NCBI RefSeq assembly: GCF_009914755.1
Contig: NC_060926.1
Source: the human T2T-CHM13v2.0 reference genome, Homo sapiens
Reading direction: 5' to 3' (one strand)
Length of the DNA: 64,000 nucleotides
The position numbers and the translations under genes are program-made. Positions within the stretch are counted from its first letter, which is position 1; each line of letters opens with the position of its first letter. The notes under the pieces were generated by a model. That model saw only the letters and a program-made list of their open reading frames with translations, had not been told where the DNA came from and did no database searches. This document shows, piece after piece, positions 30,978 to 47,600 of the stretch.

Positions 30978-31283
<306 letters not shown>

Positions 31284-31500
31284 TTATTTATTTATAATAA
31301 AAATGTAAATTTTTGCTTTTTAATGGATAGCTGGATCAAAGGCCACATTTAATCAACTTTATTTTAAACCATTAACTAAACCTCATCTGGAGCACTACAG
31401 TCCATCATAATAGATTTTAAAAGGGAAAAATAGGTCATACATATTTGTATCTATTAGTAGATAACAGAAATTTGCCAACATTTTATTTAGAACATATGGA

Positions 31501-31927
31501 TGATCTGGTTTGGATCAATGTCTCCACCCAAATCTCATGTTCAATCATAATACCCAGTGTTGGAGGTGGGGCCTGGTGAAAGGTGACTGAATTATCGGGG
31601 GTGCATTTCTCATGAATGGTTTAGTACCATCCTCTTGGTACTCTCCTCATGACAGTGAGTGAGTTCTTGTGAGATCTGGTCATTTAGAAGTAGGTAGCAC
31701 CTCCCCACCAGCTCTCTTGCTCCTTCTCTGGCCATGTGACATAACTGCTCCCCCTTCCCCTTCCACCATGACTGTAAGTTTCCTGAGGCCTCCCCAGAAG
31801 CCAAGCAGATGTCAGCATCATGCTTCTTGTACAGCCTGCAGAACCATGAGCCAATTACATCTCTTTTCTTTATAAATTGCCTAGTCTCAGGTATTTCTTT
31901 ATAGCAATACAAGAATGGACTAAGACA
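31501..31927 (+). mobile_element. MSTA-like MaLR solo LTR
   Basis: tgatctggtttgg...caaatctcatgtt...cagcctgcagaaccatgagccaatta...atggactaagaca. Perfect TSD atgga. Confidence 0.93.
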
Positions 31928-32019
31928 ATGGACTTAGTAAAGTTATCTTATTCAGATATGAGGGGATTTTTGTATTTTTTTCTTAACTTTTGTGGGATAA
32001 ATACATACTTTTTGTTCTT

Positions 32020-32190
32020 TTTTAATTATAAAACACAATGTGCATAACATACAATTTGCCACTTTAGCCATTTTTAAGTGTATAATTCAGTGGAATTAAG
32101 TACATTCACACTGTTGTGCAACCAAGCACCATCATCCATCTCCAGAACATTTTTCATCTTTCCAAATGACACACTGTACCCATTAAAAAG
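32020..32190 (-). mobile_element. L1M 3' end fragment
   Basis: ccatttttaagtgtataattcagtgg..ttaagtacattcacactgttgtgcaacc. Confidence 0.8.
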
Positions 32191-32880
32191 ATGTTTGGTT
32201 TTAAATAGGCCTTGCTCAAAGCCAGCAGCCTGTAATGCTGTGACAGGAACCTGGAGAGGTTAATTCAGGTAACCGGCAAATGAATCAACCCCTACAACCC
32301 AATATGAATCAGTGGCACCATGTGCTTTTATCCCCTCTCATCTGTTTAATACTGATGCTCAAAACTAAAGCAAAGCTCTAGAATAGACCTAGAAAAACTA
32401 TTAATAATACATTTCATTTGTACATTACAGCTTATAGACATTTATTCCCCTAGTTGGGGAGGGAACGATTTGTCCTATTTCATAGCTAATGAAATTATGG
32501 CTACATGAAAAATAAGAGCAAGGACTGAACTCAAGCCCTCCAAACCACTGTCTGCTGTTCCTTCTATCGGGCCACACAGCCTCCGCCAAAGCAAGGCAAG
32601 ACCTGGGCACTGCTGCTTCTCACCTCTCAGAGACTGAGAGACAGACCTATCAGGTCTAACTGGACAGCATTTTCTCTCTTCACCAGAGCAACTAAAATTC
32701 CTCACGTCTAAAAACCATACCTAGTCCATCATCTTTTCCATCTTCGTTGTAATCATATTGACAGAGAAAACACACACAGAATTGGAATTCCAGAATAATA
32801 TAAATGCAGTCAGATTCAAGAATCAAATGTAAGTAAAAAAAATTAGATCACTGGATCCTATAAAAAGATTGAGTTCGGCC

Positions 32881-33047
<167 letters not shown>

Positions 33048-33499
33048 TAAAATAAATTCACATTTTGCGCTCTTATTAAAGAAGATCACAGTCTTTCTTG
33101 CTAAACTCAATTTGTGGAAAAATTCATTTCTCTGTGCTTTATGGGGAGCATCTGATACTAGAACAATATAAATACTAAGGATTTAATTAAAATTGCCATC
33201 ATTGACACATAGCTTCTTTTAGTATACAAAAAGGCTACAAATTTTCTTTTCTTTCAAATAAAATTTCTTCTGCCAATACCCTTCTCTTTGCTCAAAAACA
33301 GTATGTTCTCTAAACCTTTAGACTTTCCATCTGAATTCCAAAAGAATAAGTACTTCCTTGAAGTCATGCCCAACACCATCATGCCATCTCCCCAATATAA
33401 ACATTTCAAAATTCTATATCTGGTTTATGAGCAGCAGATCATCTTAAAAGTAGTAAGGCAAGAATGAACAATCATGCTTTGAAAGAGAGATTATATTTT

Positions 33500-33590
33500 G
33501 TAACCCTCTCATTTTTTAGTCACTTAGTACCTGATTTTTTTTTTTTTGGTAACCCTCCCATTTTTTAGTCACTTAGTATCTGATTTTATT
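33500..33590. repeat. Tandem duplication, period 49 bp
   Basis: gtaaccctc(t/c)cattttttagtcacttagta(c/t)ctgatttt at 33500 and 33549. Confidence 0.93.
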
Positions 33591-36338
33591 TTGCTGATAA
33601 TATTTTTTTCCATAACAAAAGTATTTAGGCTATAATCAGGTAACTTTATCTACTCTAAACTATCCGAAGGATTTTTTTTTTCCTAAAAGAGCTCGAACTT
33701 TCCAAAATACCAACAGAGAAAGAAAAGCACGGTTAAGAGCTAAGCGTCATCAGCAGCAACAGGCCTTAGACCTTCATTCATTTCCAAGGCCATCTCCATG
33801 GGGGCTTGAATTCAATGACAGGCCTAAGAGTCTCAGAGACAGGAGTAAATCACACCTCTGTACCCACCACTCCCTCTCTCCGAAACAAACTCCTGTCATT
33901 ATTGAATTAGGTTAATATCAGATTAAAATGAATCTCAAAACCAGTCTTAATTAGGGAAAGAGGTCACTAAAAACTAACAAACAGCCTTGGAACTGGGAAA
34001 AGCAAAGGGACTCACGTGTTTTGTGATGATGTGAGTTTGGCAGGGTTTGGAGCCAAACAAGACAAAAGAGTTCCCTCACACAGACTTATAAACCTCGTGC
34101 CTTTCTCTTTGTGAAACCTGTTGGAGGCACCTCTTTCTTCCATCCCCAGCTATACAAGAGGCTGAGATGGCCATTGACACTCTAGAGCCCTGTTACTCTA
34201 GAGCTCAGGGGCAAATGTCCCGCCTTTCCCTGTCTCAGGGATGGTGCGGCTCACATTACATAAATAGCGTGGCTCTAATTATAGTTTACACTATAAGATG
34301 GACAACTTGGTTAAATTAGCATTGGTATAAAAAGCTTACATTTGCAGTTTCCTCATTTTTGGGGAACCTTACATTTCTAAAAGCAAAGTTAAGCAGGGAT
34401 TGATGAGGAATAAAGGACTGACCTCATCTTCAGCATGTGATCATTCCTTAGCTACTATTTCAACATTATTTTACTGTCATTACTTTTTCTTGCTACTTTC
34501 AAACTTATTGCTCCTGATGTCAGCATCCATCAGAGAAATGCCTTCTGGGTTCACTTTTCCCTAGACTACGATGGTTTGGGGGCTTTGTTGCCTAGCCTGG
34601 CTACTCTCATACTAATAGATGTTTTACAGAAAATCAGCACACGGAAACCACATTTCATCTTTTTCCCACACATGTACATAATGAAACATTTCAACTCCCG
34701 AGGCTGGGCCTCTTCCTCCTGGGAATTCTGCAGGAATGAATCAGATTACAGTATTTCCCCATAATGCTGATTTCATAAAAATTAAATTTCCTAACAGTCA
34801 ATACATCTCTCTCTCATCATCTCATGTCCCAATCACTTACCCTAAATATCTTTAAGAATTATATCAGTTTTAACATTGCACAGAGTATAATTGGAATTTT
34901 TGTCAATCTTAATGTTGCCACTCTTTAACAGAAAACTTCCAAACATTTTTCTCTCATTTACCCCCCAATAAGTCATGTTACAAATAGCCTTATGTCCTAA
35001 AATCTAATGTACATATCCTATTTTGACTCAAGGAATGGTAATATCTTTACCATCGTTCCAACAAATAGTTGGATCACACTCAGGTTTTGCTGAAGAGTAT
35101 ATAACACTGGGGGTTACATCAGCATGACTATTCAAAATCCTTACCAGGCCTGTAGTGCTTCACCATTACGCTTTGCTGTCCCATAGCTTTGATATGCCCA
35201 GTCACATTCAGTTATTCACATGCAATTCATCAGCCTGAGGGAGCAAGTCACTTTCAAAGGAAGTTCCTGCATGTGGACTTGGGGCTTTCCCCATGACATG
35301 GGTCATTCCATCCCTGTAGCCCTGGGACTTTTCCTGAATCCCTCACCCAGCAAATTCCAAGACATCCTCTTCCATTGCATGTCTAATAACTTCCCCCTGT
35401 TAGTAGAATTTCCAAAGTTGATCATTCTTGCTATAAATGAACTCATTGCCTAAGACAAATTATTAAAGATAAAGTAAGCTTAGACATAAGCCCTAAGGAC
35501 AAGAGTTCAATAAAGAACATGACACGTACACTGTTCAGTGTCCCAACAGCGACTTACTTGATTGAAATGAAACTCTTATTTTTAAAATTCCTTCAAAAGC
35601 ATAAAGTTCATTTTTTAAGCAAAATAAAACATCAGAAATAACTTTCATATGCTTTTAAATAAAATAAGAGGTAATCACTTAACACAGAATAATCATTTTT
35701 CAAACAGACCCTTGTTATATGTATTTTAAATTCTTCTAGTAAGCTTTAGTTACACAATATTTTTGTTTTATTACTATTTCTTATTCAAGTAGTGATAAAA
35801 CGGAGACAATTAATGAATCTGAGATGTTTCTGACCTCATCAGGGTAGTAGTTTCCTCTCCAAGGTGGGGAAACTTCTCTCCCTTGGAAGGTGAAAGAAGA
35901 AAGAAAGAAAAAGAAGAGAAAATTTCTCTTTCTGCCCAAATTCACGCTTTTCCAATTTCCTCCATTTAATCCTTCCAAGTCAAAACCAATACGGTGATCC
36001 AATTATACTGAATCAAATTCTGTGTTTAAATCCAGCAGTCCCATTGACCTTATTTAAATGCTGAATTTGATTTTTTATGTTAATTTAAACCTACTAAGAA
36101 GGTATTTTAAATGAGAGAGATAATTAATCCCAGCAAATCGTATTTCTAGTTAAATGTCATATAATTAAAGTAATTCCACTTTTTGCTCTAAAATTAGAAA
36201 CCTGATGTGAAAGTTTGTTTCTCAGTTTGCAGTTTCGCTCCACTCCCGCCTCCCGCAGATTGGCACTCAGCTGCTCTGGTGGCAGCACGGATCCCCTCAC
36301 TGCAAGGCTGAAATTCCAATTTTCTTCCAACACAACTG

Positions 36339-36358
36339 TCACAACGCCCTGAAGCAAG
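36339..36358 (-). CDS. FTCDNL1: FTCDNL1 terminal exon, coding part ((A)CFRAL*), followed by 3'UTR towards lower coordinates
   Basis: Minus strand ttttttccttgtttttag|CTTGCTTCAGGGCGTTGTGA. Joining to the G at 43195 gives GCT TGC TTC AGG GCG TTG TGA = ACFRAL*, the C-terminus I recall for the 138-aa isoform. The UTR end is not determined. Confidence 0.88.
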
Positions 36359-37263
36359 CTAAAAACAAGGAAAAAAATCTTTGGTATGATTTCGTTTTCC
36401 ATGTGTGCTTTAATGAAAAATTTATCATTCTAAATATTGGTGTTTACTCCTAGTTAAATATTTTTTTATCAAAAAGAAAAAGAAACTGAGATTCAGTCGC
36501 TATTATTTCACAGAGAAATATAACAGGCCTGATGTTTTCCTGACAATTCTGTTATTTTCTTGTGTGGAAACACCGTATTTATCATATACTGTATGGCTGG
36601 TGATTTAGATATTGTTGAGACCTTATGGTGAACTGATATGGATGTAAACTCTTTATGCCAGATTGTTTAAGCAGAAAAAAACCAAATGCACTTAATTAAC
36701 ATCTGATGTGTAGCTTTTGCAAACACAAATGCAATATTTGTGTTTGAGCACTGGCAGTAATGACTGTGAACTATGCTATTAATGTCTGGTTTAAAGATGC
36801 TTGTGGTAGGACCATGTCTGGAATAACACAAATAAAAAACTGCATTCAGACAAAACAATAGCGAAGAGCCCATTAGGAAAATGGAAAAGCAGCACTCAGA
36901 AGAAACACATGTATTTTTTTTCCCTTTAGATCAAAATTATTCTCAAAAATAGTTCCAGGCACCATCATTTTCAATCAATTAAAGGTGAAAGGATTCTATA
37001 TATTTTAACTCTACAGAAAAGTGTTTCACTTAGGAGTGCCAAAGTTGTTTAGGGGTGTCTTCAGAAGTTCCATTCATTATATTATACTCCTCTTTGGTGG
37101 CCAGTATTAAAGCATACATGAGGAGAGAGCTGGGATGGTGTTTTAGGATATTTAGCACTTTTATATCTAAAGAGAAAACTTCAAATTTGTGGACTGCATT
37201 ACAGTTTGAATAAACAGATTCTTTTCAACCAATTCAACTCCCTCATTAAATACTTTGTTACCA

Positions 37264-37569
<306 letters not shown>

Positions 37570-39338
37570 TTACTGAAAACCTGGTGAGTGCCAGGAACCA
37601 TGCAGGTTGCTGAGTATAAAAACAGGAAGAAAGTTAAAATAAGGTAAAACCCTAGCCTAAATGTGGACTTTGCTTCAGAGTAACAAACAGAGCAAGGCAA
37701 CCAGACTCAGAACTCAGGTTCAAAAACATAAACAGTTATTATACCAAAAACAATTAGTTATCATTATATATTGGTATTTTAAATTTTTTAGACCATGCAC
37801 TAAAGGGAAACCACAGCTGAAACAGGACATTTGATGACTAAAGCCATAAAACTCAAACATAATTGCTAAGTCCAATGCTCCCATGGCGGGAAGAATGCAG
37901 GACTTGTCTCCGTGTGGCTGAATCCACAGAAAAGAAAGCTAAGTGAGAACCACGTGCCACAGGGCTAGGAAGTACTCCCGTGGGTCCAAATTCAAGTTCC
38001 ACCTCAACAGGACACTGCCTCTGCTCAGCTCTCTTTCTGTAAAATGGTTATGATGTTTCCTTGCTCTGTGAGGCATTGTGAACCTCATTCTATTGCCTTT
38101 AAATCTTTCAGAGTAGAAATAATTCAGAAGAGATTACAAACATAGGTACAAATTTACCTCCCATAATTAAGCCAGTCCAGATAAGAGGGAAACTCAAGTA
38201 ACTTGCCTGCTGTCAGGTTTTTCAATAATAGAACAGTGCCCTCCCTGAGTTCAGGCAAAGTCTTAAGTCCTTCATGCTCCAATTATAGGTTACATGCTTA
38301 GTGACACATTGAGACTTTCATTTTTCATCATCCCAACTAGGCTTCCTAGCCAGCATCAGCAAATGATTTTTAAAAATAGGCTCCCTAAAACGAGACTCAT
38401 TCTAAAACTAGAAATTATTTTTCAAATACCAGATAAAGTTTTGGTGTGGAGTAAATTGGAGTATTCAATGTCAAGAAAAGTGCCTGATGATGCATTTCTT
38501 ATTTATAGTAGAAAGAAGTAAGCAGGAAAGTGCTCAGTAACCCATTTAAATAACTAAACAGAAGCCCCTGATTCCAAGATGTACCAATTACCTCCATCTC
38601 TGACTCCTAGGGCATCATATGAAACTACAGTTCAAAGAATTTTCCCTGCATTTTTAAACAATGATGCATACATGCAGGCCATTCATACAACATATCAGAC
38701 AGCAGTGTTTAAATTACCCCATAAATGTTTAGGATTTTAAATATATATGTATAAAGTATTTATTTATAGATCTAAAAGTATCAACTATTACTGCTTTGCC
38801 CTTATTTATGTTCCCCACAAGCTGGCCAACTACAAACTTTTAAAAGGAATTTGGCTTAAAAGATTTTGTGTGTTTGGCACTGACTATGGGTGTTAATCAT
38901 TTCTGAGCTCACTTCTTTTTCTCTTCTGTTTATAATATTCTTTGGGAACTTCAAAACAGAAACCTGTTTCCTTATAGATTCTGCTTCCTCTCTGGTACTG
39001 TGCAAATTAATTTGTCCTGGATTGTTGACTGTACTGTACAGTTGATAGCGCCAATCATTTCTATTTCATTTTTGTAGGGAAAAACATAAACATAGCAACA
39101 ATGTGTTGAGGTTTTTCTGTTTTGGTGGGAGGGAAAAATATGTTAGGAAACACTGACATAACCAAAAAAAAAGTTAGAAAAATATATAAAGCCAATTAAA
39201 TTTAAACAAGAGGGAAATCGCTATTGTTGGGAACCAAATTCATTGAAAAATTAGATGAATAACATTTCTACCCTAAAGAAAGAGGTGTTATAAATTCTAC
39301 TTCAGTAGATATTGCTTCAAAAAATGAAAGCGATTTAT

Positions 39339-39737
<399 letters not shown>

Positions 39738-40249
39738 CTACTATCTGGTGTGAGGAATATTAGAAACTAATTGTTTATTCACATCCCTTATTCACTGATC
39801 CTCCTTGAAATACTTTATTTTTCTGCTATTAGCACCTGCTTTGAGCCTACTAAATGATGGACAAACAGACTGCCCAAACTTGGCAAACTGTAATTTTCTT
39901 GTTTCTTCCACAAGCTAAGGTTTCTACCCTTGGTCATGGGTACCAGTGAAAAAAGGCATATAGGGGAAAAGCTGTGCTCCTTTTCCCTTCTTATCATGAA
40001 TATGCCATCAAATATAATCTGAATACAGGCACTGAAACTTAGCTTTTATAAAATTGACCACTAATAAATCTTACTAATTACCCTTCAGGGAAGATGATGG
40101 AAATAATCACAGGGTTGATTTAGAGATATTATGAAAATATGTTGGAAGCTTTAAGAATATAAAAATGTTTTTCTTACATATAATATAAACAAAATATGTA
40201 CATATATATTTTACAATATTGAGATCATGCTGCCTATACTACCTGGTAT

Positions 40250-40630
40250 CCCTTGCACTGGCTATTCCCTCTGCCTAAAACTCTCCTCCACATCTCCACG
40301 TGGCTAGTGGCCTCACTCCTTCAAGTCTTTGCTCTAATATTGCCTTTACAATGAAGCCTAATTTGGATTATTCCACTTATAATCACAATACGGCCCCATT
40401 CTAGAACTCTTAATGCCCTTGTCCTGTTCAATATTTATTTTGGCTGTAGCACTTGTTATTTTCTAATGTACTATATAATTCATTTGTTTATTAAGGCTTT
40501 TATTTATCGTCTGTCTCTTTGCCCCTCCCCAACTACAATGTAAGTTCTTTGAGGACAGATAAGTTCTATTTTGCCCGCTGGTGATACTGCTTAGCACATA
40601 GTAGGTACTTAATATCTGTTTCATTAACTA
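40250..40630 (+). mobile_element. L2 3' fragment
   Basis: ttgcactggctattccctctgcct...actccttcaagtctttgctc...aatgtaagttctttgaggacag...gcacatagtaggtacttaat. Confidence 0.82.
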
Positions 40631-40639
40631 ATTTAACTG

Positions 40640-41110
40640 TAAATTCTCTCTATATTAGATTGCATTTTCTATGTCTCTGAAAGTTCTTCTAAAACATCAT
40701 GCTTGAGTATGCCATAGTTTACATAAACATACCCAAATAGCAAACATTTCCATTATTTTCAGTATTTGCTATTATAAATAATGCTTTGATAAACATACTT
40801 GTACATATACCTTTTACTATTTCCTTAGGATTTATCTCTAGATCTAGAATTCCTGAAAGGCAGTTATATACATTTTTAGAGCTCTTCGCACATATCACAA
40901 GCTCACTTCTAAAAAGTTTATACCAATTTATACTATCATTAACAGTGTAAATGTCTCTAACTACATCTTCCCCAGTATTAAATATTACCTTTAAAATATC
41001 ATCTTTAAACATTCATTGTGCCAATTTTGGCATCTTAATGTTTTAACGTGGGATTTGCAGATTTTTATGAATTTTTTTATGTAAATTACAGATCTCCATG
41101 TGAGTAAAAA
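40640..41110 (-). mobile_element. L1ME fragment (continues at ~40150-40250)
   Basis: ttttcagtatttgctattataaataatgct..ataaacat...atttccttagga...taccaatttatact. Confidence 0.72.
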
Positions 41111-41127
41111 CAGAGAATAAAATCATG

Positions 41128-41398
41128 GGCCAGGCACGGGGGGTCACGCCTATAATCCCAGGACTTTGGGAGGCCAAGGTGGGTAGATGGCCTGAGTCCA
41201 AGAGTTTTGAGACCAGCCTGGGCAACATGGTGAAACCCTGTCTCTACAAAATATACTTGGAAGGATGAGGTGGGGGAATCACCTGAGCCCATGAAGTTGT
41301 GGCTGCAGTGAGCCGAGATCGCACCACTGTACTCCAGCCTAGGCAAATGCCATGAGACCCTGTCTCAAAAAAAAAAAAAAAGTAAGAAAAAGAAAAAA
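41128..41398 (+). mobile_element. AluJ with internal deletion
   Basis: The left arm joins directly to tacttggaagg of the right arm. Confidence 0.92.
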
Positions 41399-42044
41399 TC
41401 AGAAATCCCAGTGTGTTGACCATTTCAAATCAAACAATATAAAATAGATAATGATGAGGCAGAGACACAGATTATCCAACCACAGGCAGGTGATAGATCA
41501 GATTGGGAAGCAATCCTCCCTTTAGTTTAAACAACTACATATCAAGTTTGTTCTTAGGAAACTAAACATAATTAGTGATAATATTAGCATTTGGTCTTTA
41601 ACTCACATATGATTTTTATATCAGGTTAAAGTTTTTCCCAAATATAGACCCATTTATTCTAACAGCACTGCAAAAATGAGAATTAAGTTATTCAAGTGTT
41701 TGCTTAACCTAATGATCTCACAGCAGTATACCTATGTCTAATTCCCGTCCACCTGACTGCAATACCAGTCCACCTGGCACTGAAGTGACTACATCTGCGG
41801 TATAATCTCTTCAGTCTTTAGGGAGGCTCAAATTAGAAACCAGGAAATGGATTTCTGAAAATTTAGTCATAAAACTTTACACTTCTCCATTTGTGAGACA
41901 AATCATGGGAAAATATGTGAGGTTCAAATTGGCAGAGAGCAATCAGTCTCTTCCTTTTTTCTATGACAAAATGTTGAATGAAATACATTTGTAATATCAC
42001 TTTTATTAAATCTCATCTTCATAGGGAAGAAAAAAATAGCCCTT

Positions 42045-42220
42045 TAGTACTGTGTTGGGCACTTTACAGACATCATTTCGACTTCACAATAATGAGAGGG
42101 AGACATTATTACGTCCGTTTTATAGATACGGGAACCAAAGCATAATGAGACCAAGGAACCACGGTCACACAGCCAGCAAATAGCAAGGCTGGGATTTCAG
42201 CATGGCCCCAAAACCTGTGC
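42045..42220 (-). mobile_element. MIR
   Basis: attattacgtccgttttatagatacgggaac...ggtcacacagccagcaaatagcaaggctgggattt. Confidence 0.78.
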
Positions 42221-43147
42221 TTTTTTTTTTTAATTGCATTGCTCTACTTGATTATAGACAATATTTGTTTAAGATCAGAATTCTGTGCCAGGGGCTACTA
42301 ACCAAAGACCTATGTGTAAATGATTCTGCAGGGCTTTGGCAGAGCTGTGCCATGAGAAATGTGTTTCTTATGCTCGCCCACCTCTCGCTCCTTGGATACC
42401 TAGTATTTTGGTAACTGCTTAAGTTATTGACTGACCATCAAAATGTGACCTTACATGGTTTAATTTGTGGCCCCAACAGAGTCTGAAAATGGAACAATTA
42501 AGACTCAAATAAGTGACACTAGGATGGTGGAAGTACAGACAACAGAGAGGAGTTCCACCTTTTCCTGACACATCCCTTAGGGTGGGGCAGGGAGTGAGGG
42601 CAGGAGCAGCACAGAGAGGCAAAAGTTGATAAAAGCCAGGGGAAGGAATAGTTTCTTTTTCCAGTCTTTGGTCTCTGCATTCTAGAAGTCCGTTATCTAG
42701 AACAGCTTTTTTCCAGGGTTCCTCTAGAACTGATTTCCAGCTGTAAGCACCAACTTGGCTACACTGATGTTTAAGTATTGAAAGACCTTCCTACCAGCTA
42801 GAAGTGATCTCTCCCTAAGTCCTCCCTCTCCAGGTGTCTCCATCACACCCTAGGACACACCCCACACCATTCACAGACAGGGGCCTCCAGGACCCTGCCC
42901 CAGTGCCAGGAGCTACGAGCATTCTTTTCATCAGTGATCACGTTGCAGGGCTAATGATATATCTTGAATATCACTTCTGGGGGCCCTCATCAAATACTTG
43001 ACGGGAGCTTCTAGGCTCACAGGTTAGCTTAAAAGGGCCTGGGTGAGAGTAACAGCAGAAAGGAGAGCCTCACCCATTTCAAGAAGCAGCCACCCCTATA
43101 ACTCTTCCTGCATTAACAGGGTGTGGCTCATAAAGGGGACCTCAAGT

Positions 43148-43411
<264 letters not shown>

Positions 43412-43820
43412 TCACAATCAAGCCAAATTTTAAAAACCAAAGCATATAATTTTTTTGCTGTGGTAAAACATATTTAACATAGAACTCATCATTTTAGTCA
43501 TTTCTAAGTGTCCAGATCAGTGGCATGAAGTTGCACACTGTTGTGCAACCATCACCACTAAAGCACATGATTTATACAAATTTTAAACATCAAAGCTTAA
43601 ACATAATGAATGCTCCATTGAAGTTAGTCTCACAATAAAAGCTTGCCTTGATACAAGCAGGCTTGAATTTCTAACCCATTACAAATCTAATTTCACAGTG
43701 GAAATGTATATGTAGGATTAATGAAATTGGTGCCTTCAATTTTTGAACAATGTTATAATAGCCCCAACTTGTAAATATTGTTAGAAGGTATAAAAAGTTA
43801 GGAGGGCAAGGGCCAGTAAC

Positions 43821-44228
43821 CACACTGTCTAATACAGTAGCCCCTAGCTATGTATGCTATTAAAATTTAATTCTAATCAATTAAAATTTTAATTAGGATT
43901 TATCTCTAGAACTAAAGTTTTAATTGACTAAAATTAAATAAAATGGGCCAGGGCAGTGGCTCACACCTATAATTCCAGTACTTTGGGAGGCTGACACAGG
44001 AGGATAGAGTGAAGCCAGGAGTTTGAGAACAGCCTGGGCAACATAGTTAGACTCCTATCTCTACAAAAACTAAAAAAAGAAAAGAAAAAAATGAAAAATG
44101 AAGTTTTTTAGTTGCACTTGTCACATTTCAAGTACTTAACAACCACACATGGCTAGTGGTCTCCATACTGGACAGCACAGATAAAGAACATTTCCATCGC
44201 CACAGAAAGTTCTATTGGACAGCTCTGG
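43821..44228. mobile_element. MER33/MER3-like hAT-Charlie element with an Alu monomer inserted at 43947-44090
   Basis: ctgtctaatacagtagcccctagc...cacatttcaagt...atggctagtgg...agaacatttccatcgccacagaaagttctattggacagc. Confidence 0.85.
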
Positions 44229-44769
44229 GCCAGATGCTACATAAGGAAGCCTAATATTTAAACACAATTGGAGATTACTCTAAATGATAGAACATTTTTC
44301 ATCTTCCTCTGCCATTCTTCATATCTGGATTCTCTGGATATGATTTTATCTTCTCAAGGCAAAATATAGAATTGCTGGGCTTTTCTAGATTACTCCTTCA
44401 CCGGACCTCTGCTTGTTTTCTAGGAGCTAATTATAGTCCCCTGTAAGCAAACACAGAGATGGCATACATTTTTGTCTGATATACGAAATGTAGGTGCTCA
44501 GGGAATTCTGGGGCTGGCCTGGGATAGCAGGAGTGCAGGCCTTCTTTATTTGTTCCGTATCACGGATCATCAAAATCAGAGCTGAGATGAGACCTCTGGC
44601 CACAATAAGCATAGGAGACCTTCCCAACTGCAATTTCAGGGTGTATTATTTGTTTAATTCTAATTCAGGCTGCCATGTTAATGGAGGAAATGAAATGCAG
44701 AAGACACTAAAAAAAGACTGGGTACCACTGGGGTGTAAAAAGTCTTGGGAAATGTTTTGGTTTTGGTGG

Positions 44770-45081
44770 TTTTTTGTTTGTTTGTTTTTTGAGATGGAGT
44801 CTCGCTCTGTCGCCCAGGCTGGAGTGTAGTGGTGCGATCTTGGCTCACCGCAAACTCCACTTCCTGGGTTCAAGCAATTCTCCTGCCTCAGCCCACCATG
44901 TAGCTTGGATTACAGGCACGTGCCACCAAGCCTGGCTAATTTTTTTTTTTTTTTTTTATTTTTAGTAGACACAGGGTTTCACCATGCTGGCCAGGCTGGT
45001 CTTGAACTCCTGACCTCGTGATCTGCCCTCCTCAGCCTCCCAAAGTGCTGGGATTACAGGCATAAGCCACGTGCCCAGCCT
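44770..45081 (-). mobile_element. AluS(c-like), inserted in the tail of the neighbouring Alu
   Basis: tggttttttgtttgtttgttttt duplicated on both sides. Confidence 0.95.
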
Positions 45082-45082
45082 G

Positions 45083-45384
45083 GTTTTTTGTTTGTTTGTT
45101 TTTTGAGATGGAGTTTCACGCTGTCGCCCAGGCTGCAGTGCAGTGGCATGATCTTGGCTCAGTGCAACCTCAGCCTCCTGAGTTCAAAGGATTCTCCTGC
45201 CTCAGCCTCCAGAGTAGCTGGGATTACAGGAACCCGCTACCACACCTGGTTAATTTTTGTATTTTTAGTAAACGGAGTTTCACCATATTGGCCAGGCTGG
45301 TCTCAAACTTCTCACCTCAAGTGATCTGCCTGCCTCAGCCTCCCAAAGTGCTGGGATTTGAGGCATAAGCCACCACGCCCAGCC
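45083..45384 (-). mobile_element. AluS
   Basis: Outer TSD tgggaaatgtt at ~44746 and ~45385. Confidence 0.95.
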
Positions 45385-45742
45385 TGGGAAATGTTCTTTC
45401 TCTGAGTCAGGTAGGGACTCCAGCATTAGAAGTTCCTGGTATTGTAGATACCATAAAGCCAAGAAAATCTCCTAAGTTTATTTTAGCCCTAAGTGATTTC
45501 TGTTTCATTAACACTGCTTTAAGGTACAGGCATACCTCAGAGATATTGTGGATTTGATTCCAGACCACAGCAATAAAGCAAATATCGCTGGCAAATATCA
45601 CAATAAAGCAAGTCACATAAATTTTTTGGTTTCCCAGTGCATATAAAAGTTATGTTTATATTATACTGTAATCTCTTAAGTGTTTAATAGTATTATGTCT
45701 GCAGAAACCAATATATATACCTTAATTTAAAAATACTTTATT

Positions 45743-46048
<306 letters not shown>

Positions 46049-46413
46049 CTAAAAAATGCTAAGGCTTCAGCAAGTCATCATCTTTTTGCTGGTGGACATT
46101 CTTGCCTTCATCTTGATTGCTGCTGACTGATCAGGCTGATGGCTGCTGAAGGCTGGAGTGGCTGTGGTAATTTGTTAAAATAAGACCACAGTGAAGTTTA
46201 CTGCATCAATTGGCTTTTCCTTTCACGAAAATTTCTCTGTAGCATGTGATGCTGTTTGATAGTATTTTACCCGCAGTAAAACTTCAATATTGGAAACAAT
46301 ACTCTCAAACTCTGATGCTGCTTTATCAATTCAGTTTATGTAATATTCTAAATCTTGTGTTGTCATTTCAACAGTGTCCACAGCATCATCACCAGGAGTA
46401 GATTCCACATTAA

Positions 46414-47426
<1,013 letters not shown>

Positions 47427-47600
47427 TTGACTTCAACTTAAGGTCATCAGTTGCATTTGCCCCTAACAAGAGAATCAGCCTGTTCTTTGAAGCCAGGCAT
47501 TGACTTCTCTCTAGCTATGAAACTCCTAGATGGCCTCTTCTTCCAATAGAATGTTGTTTCATCAACACTGAAAATCTGTTTAGTGTAGCCACCTTCATCC

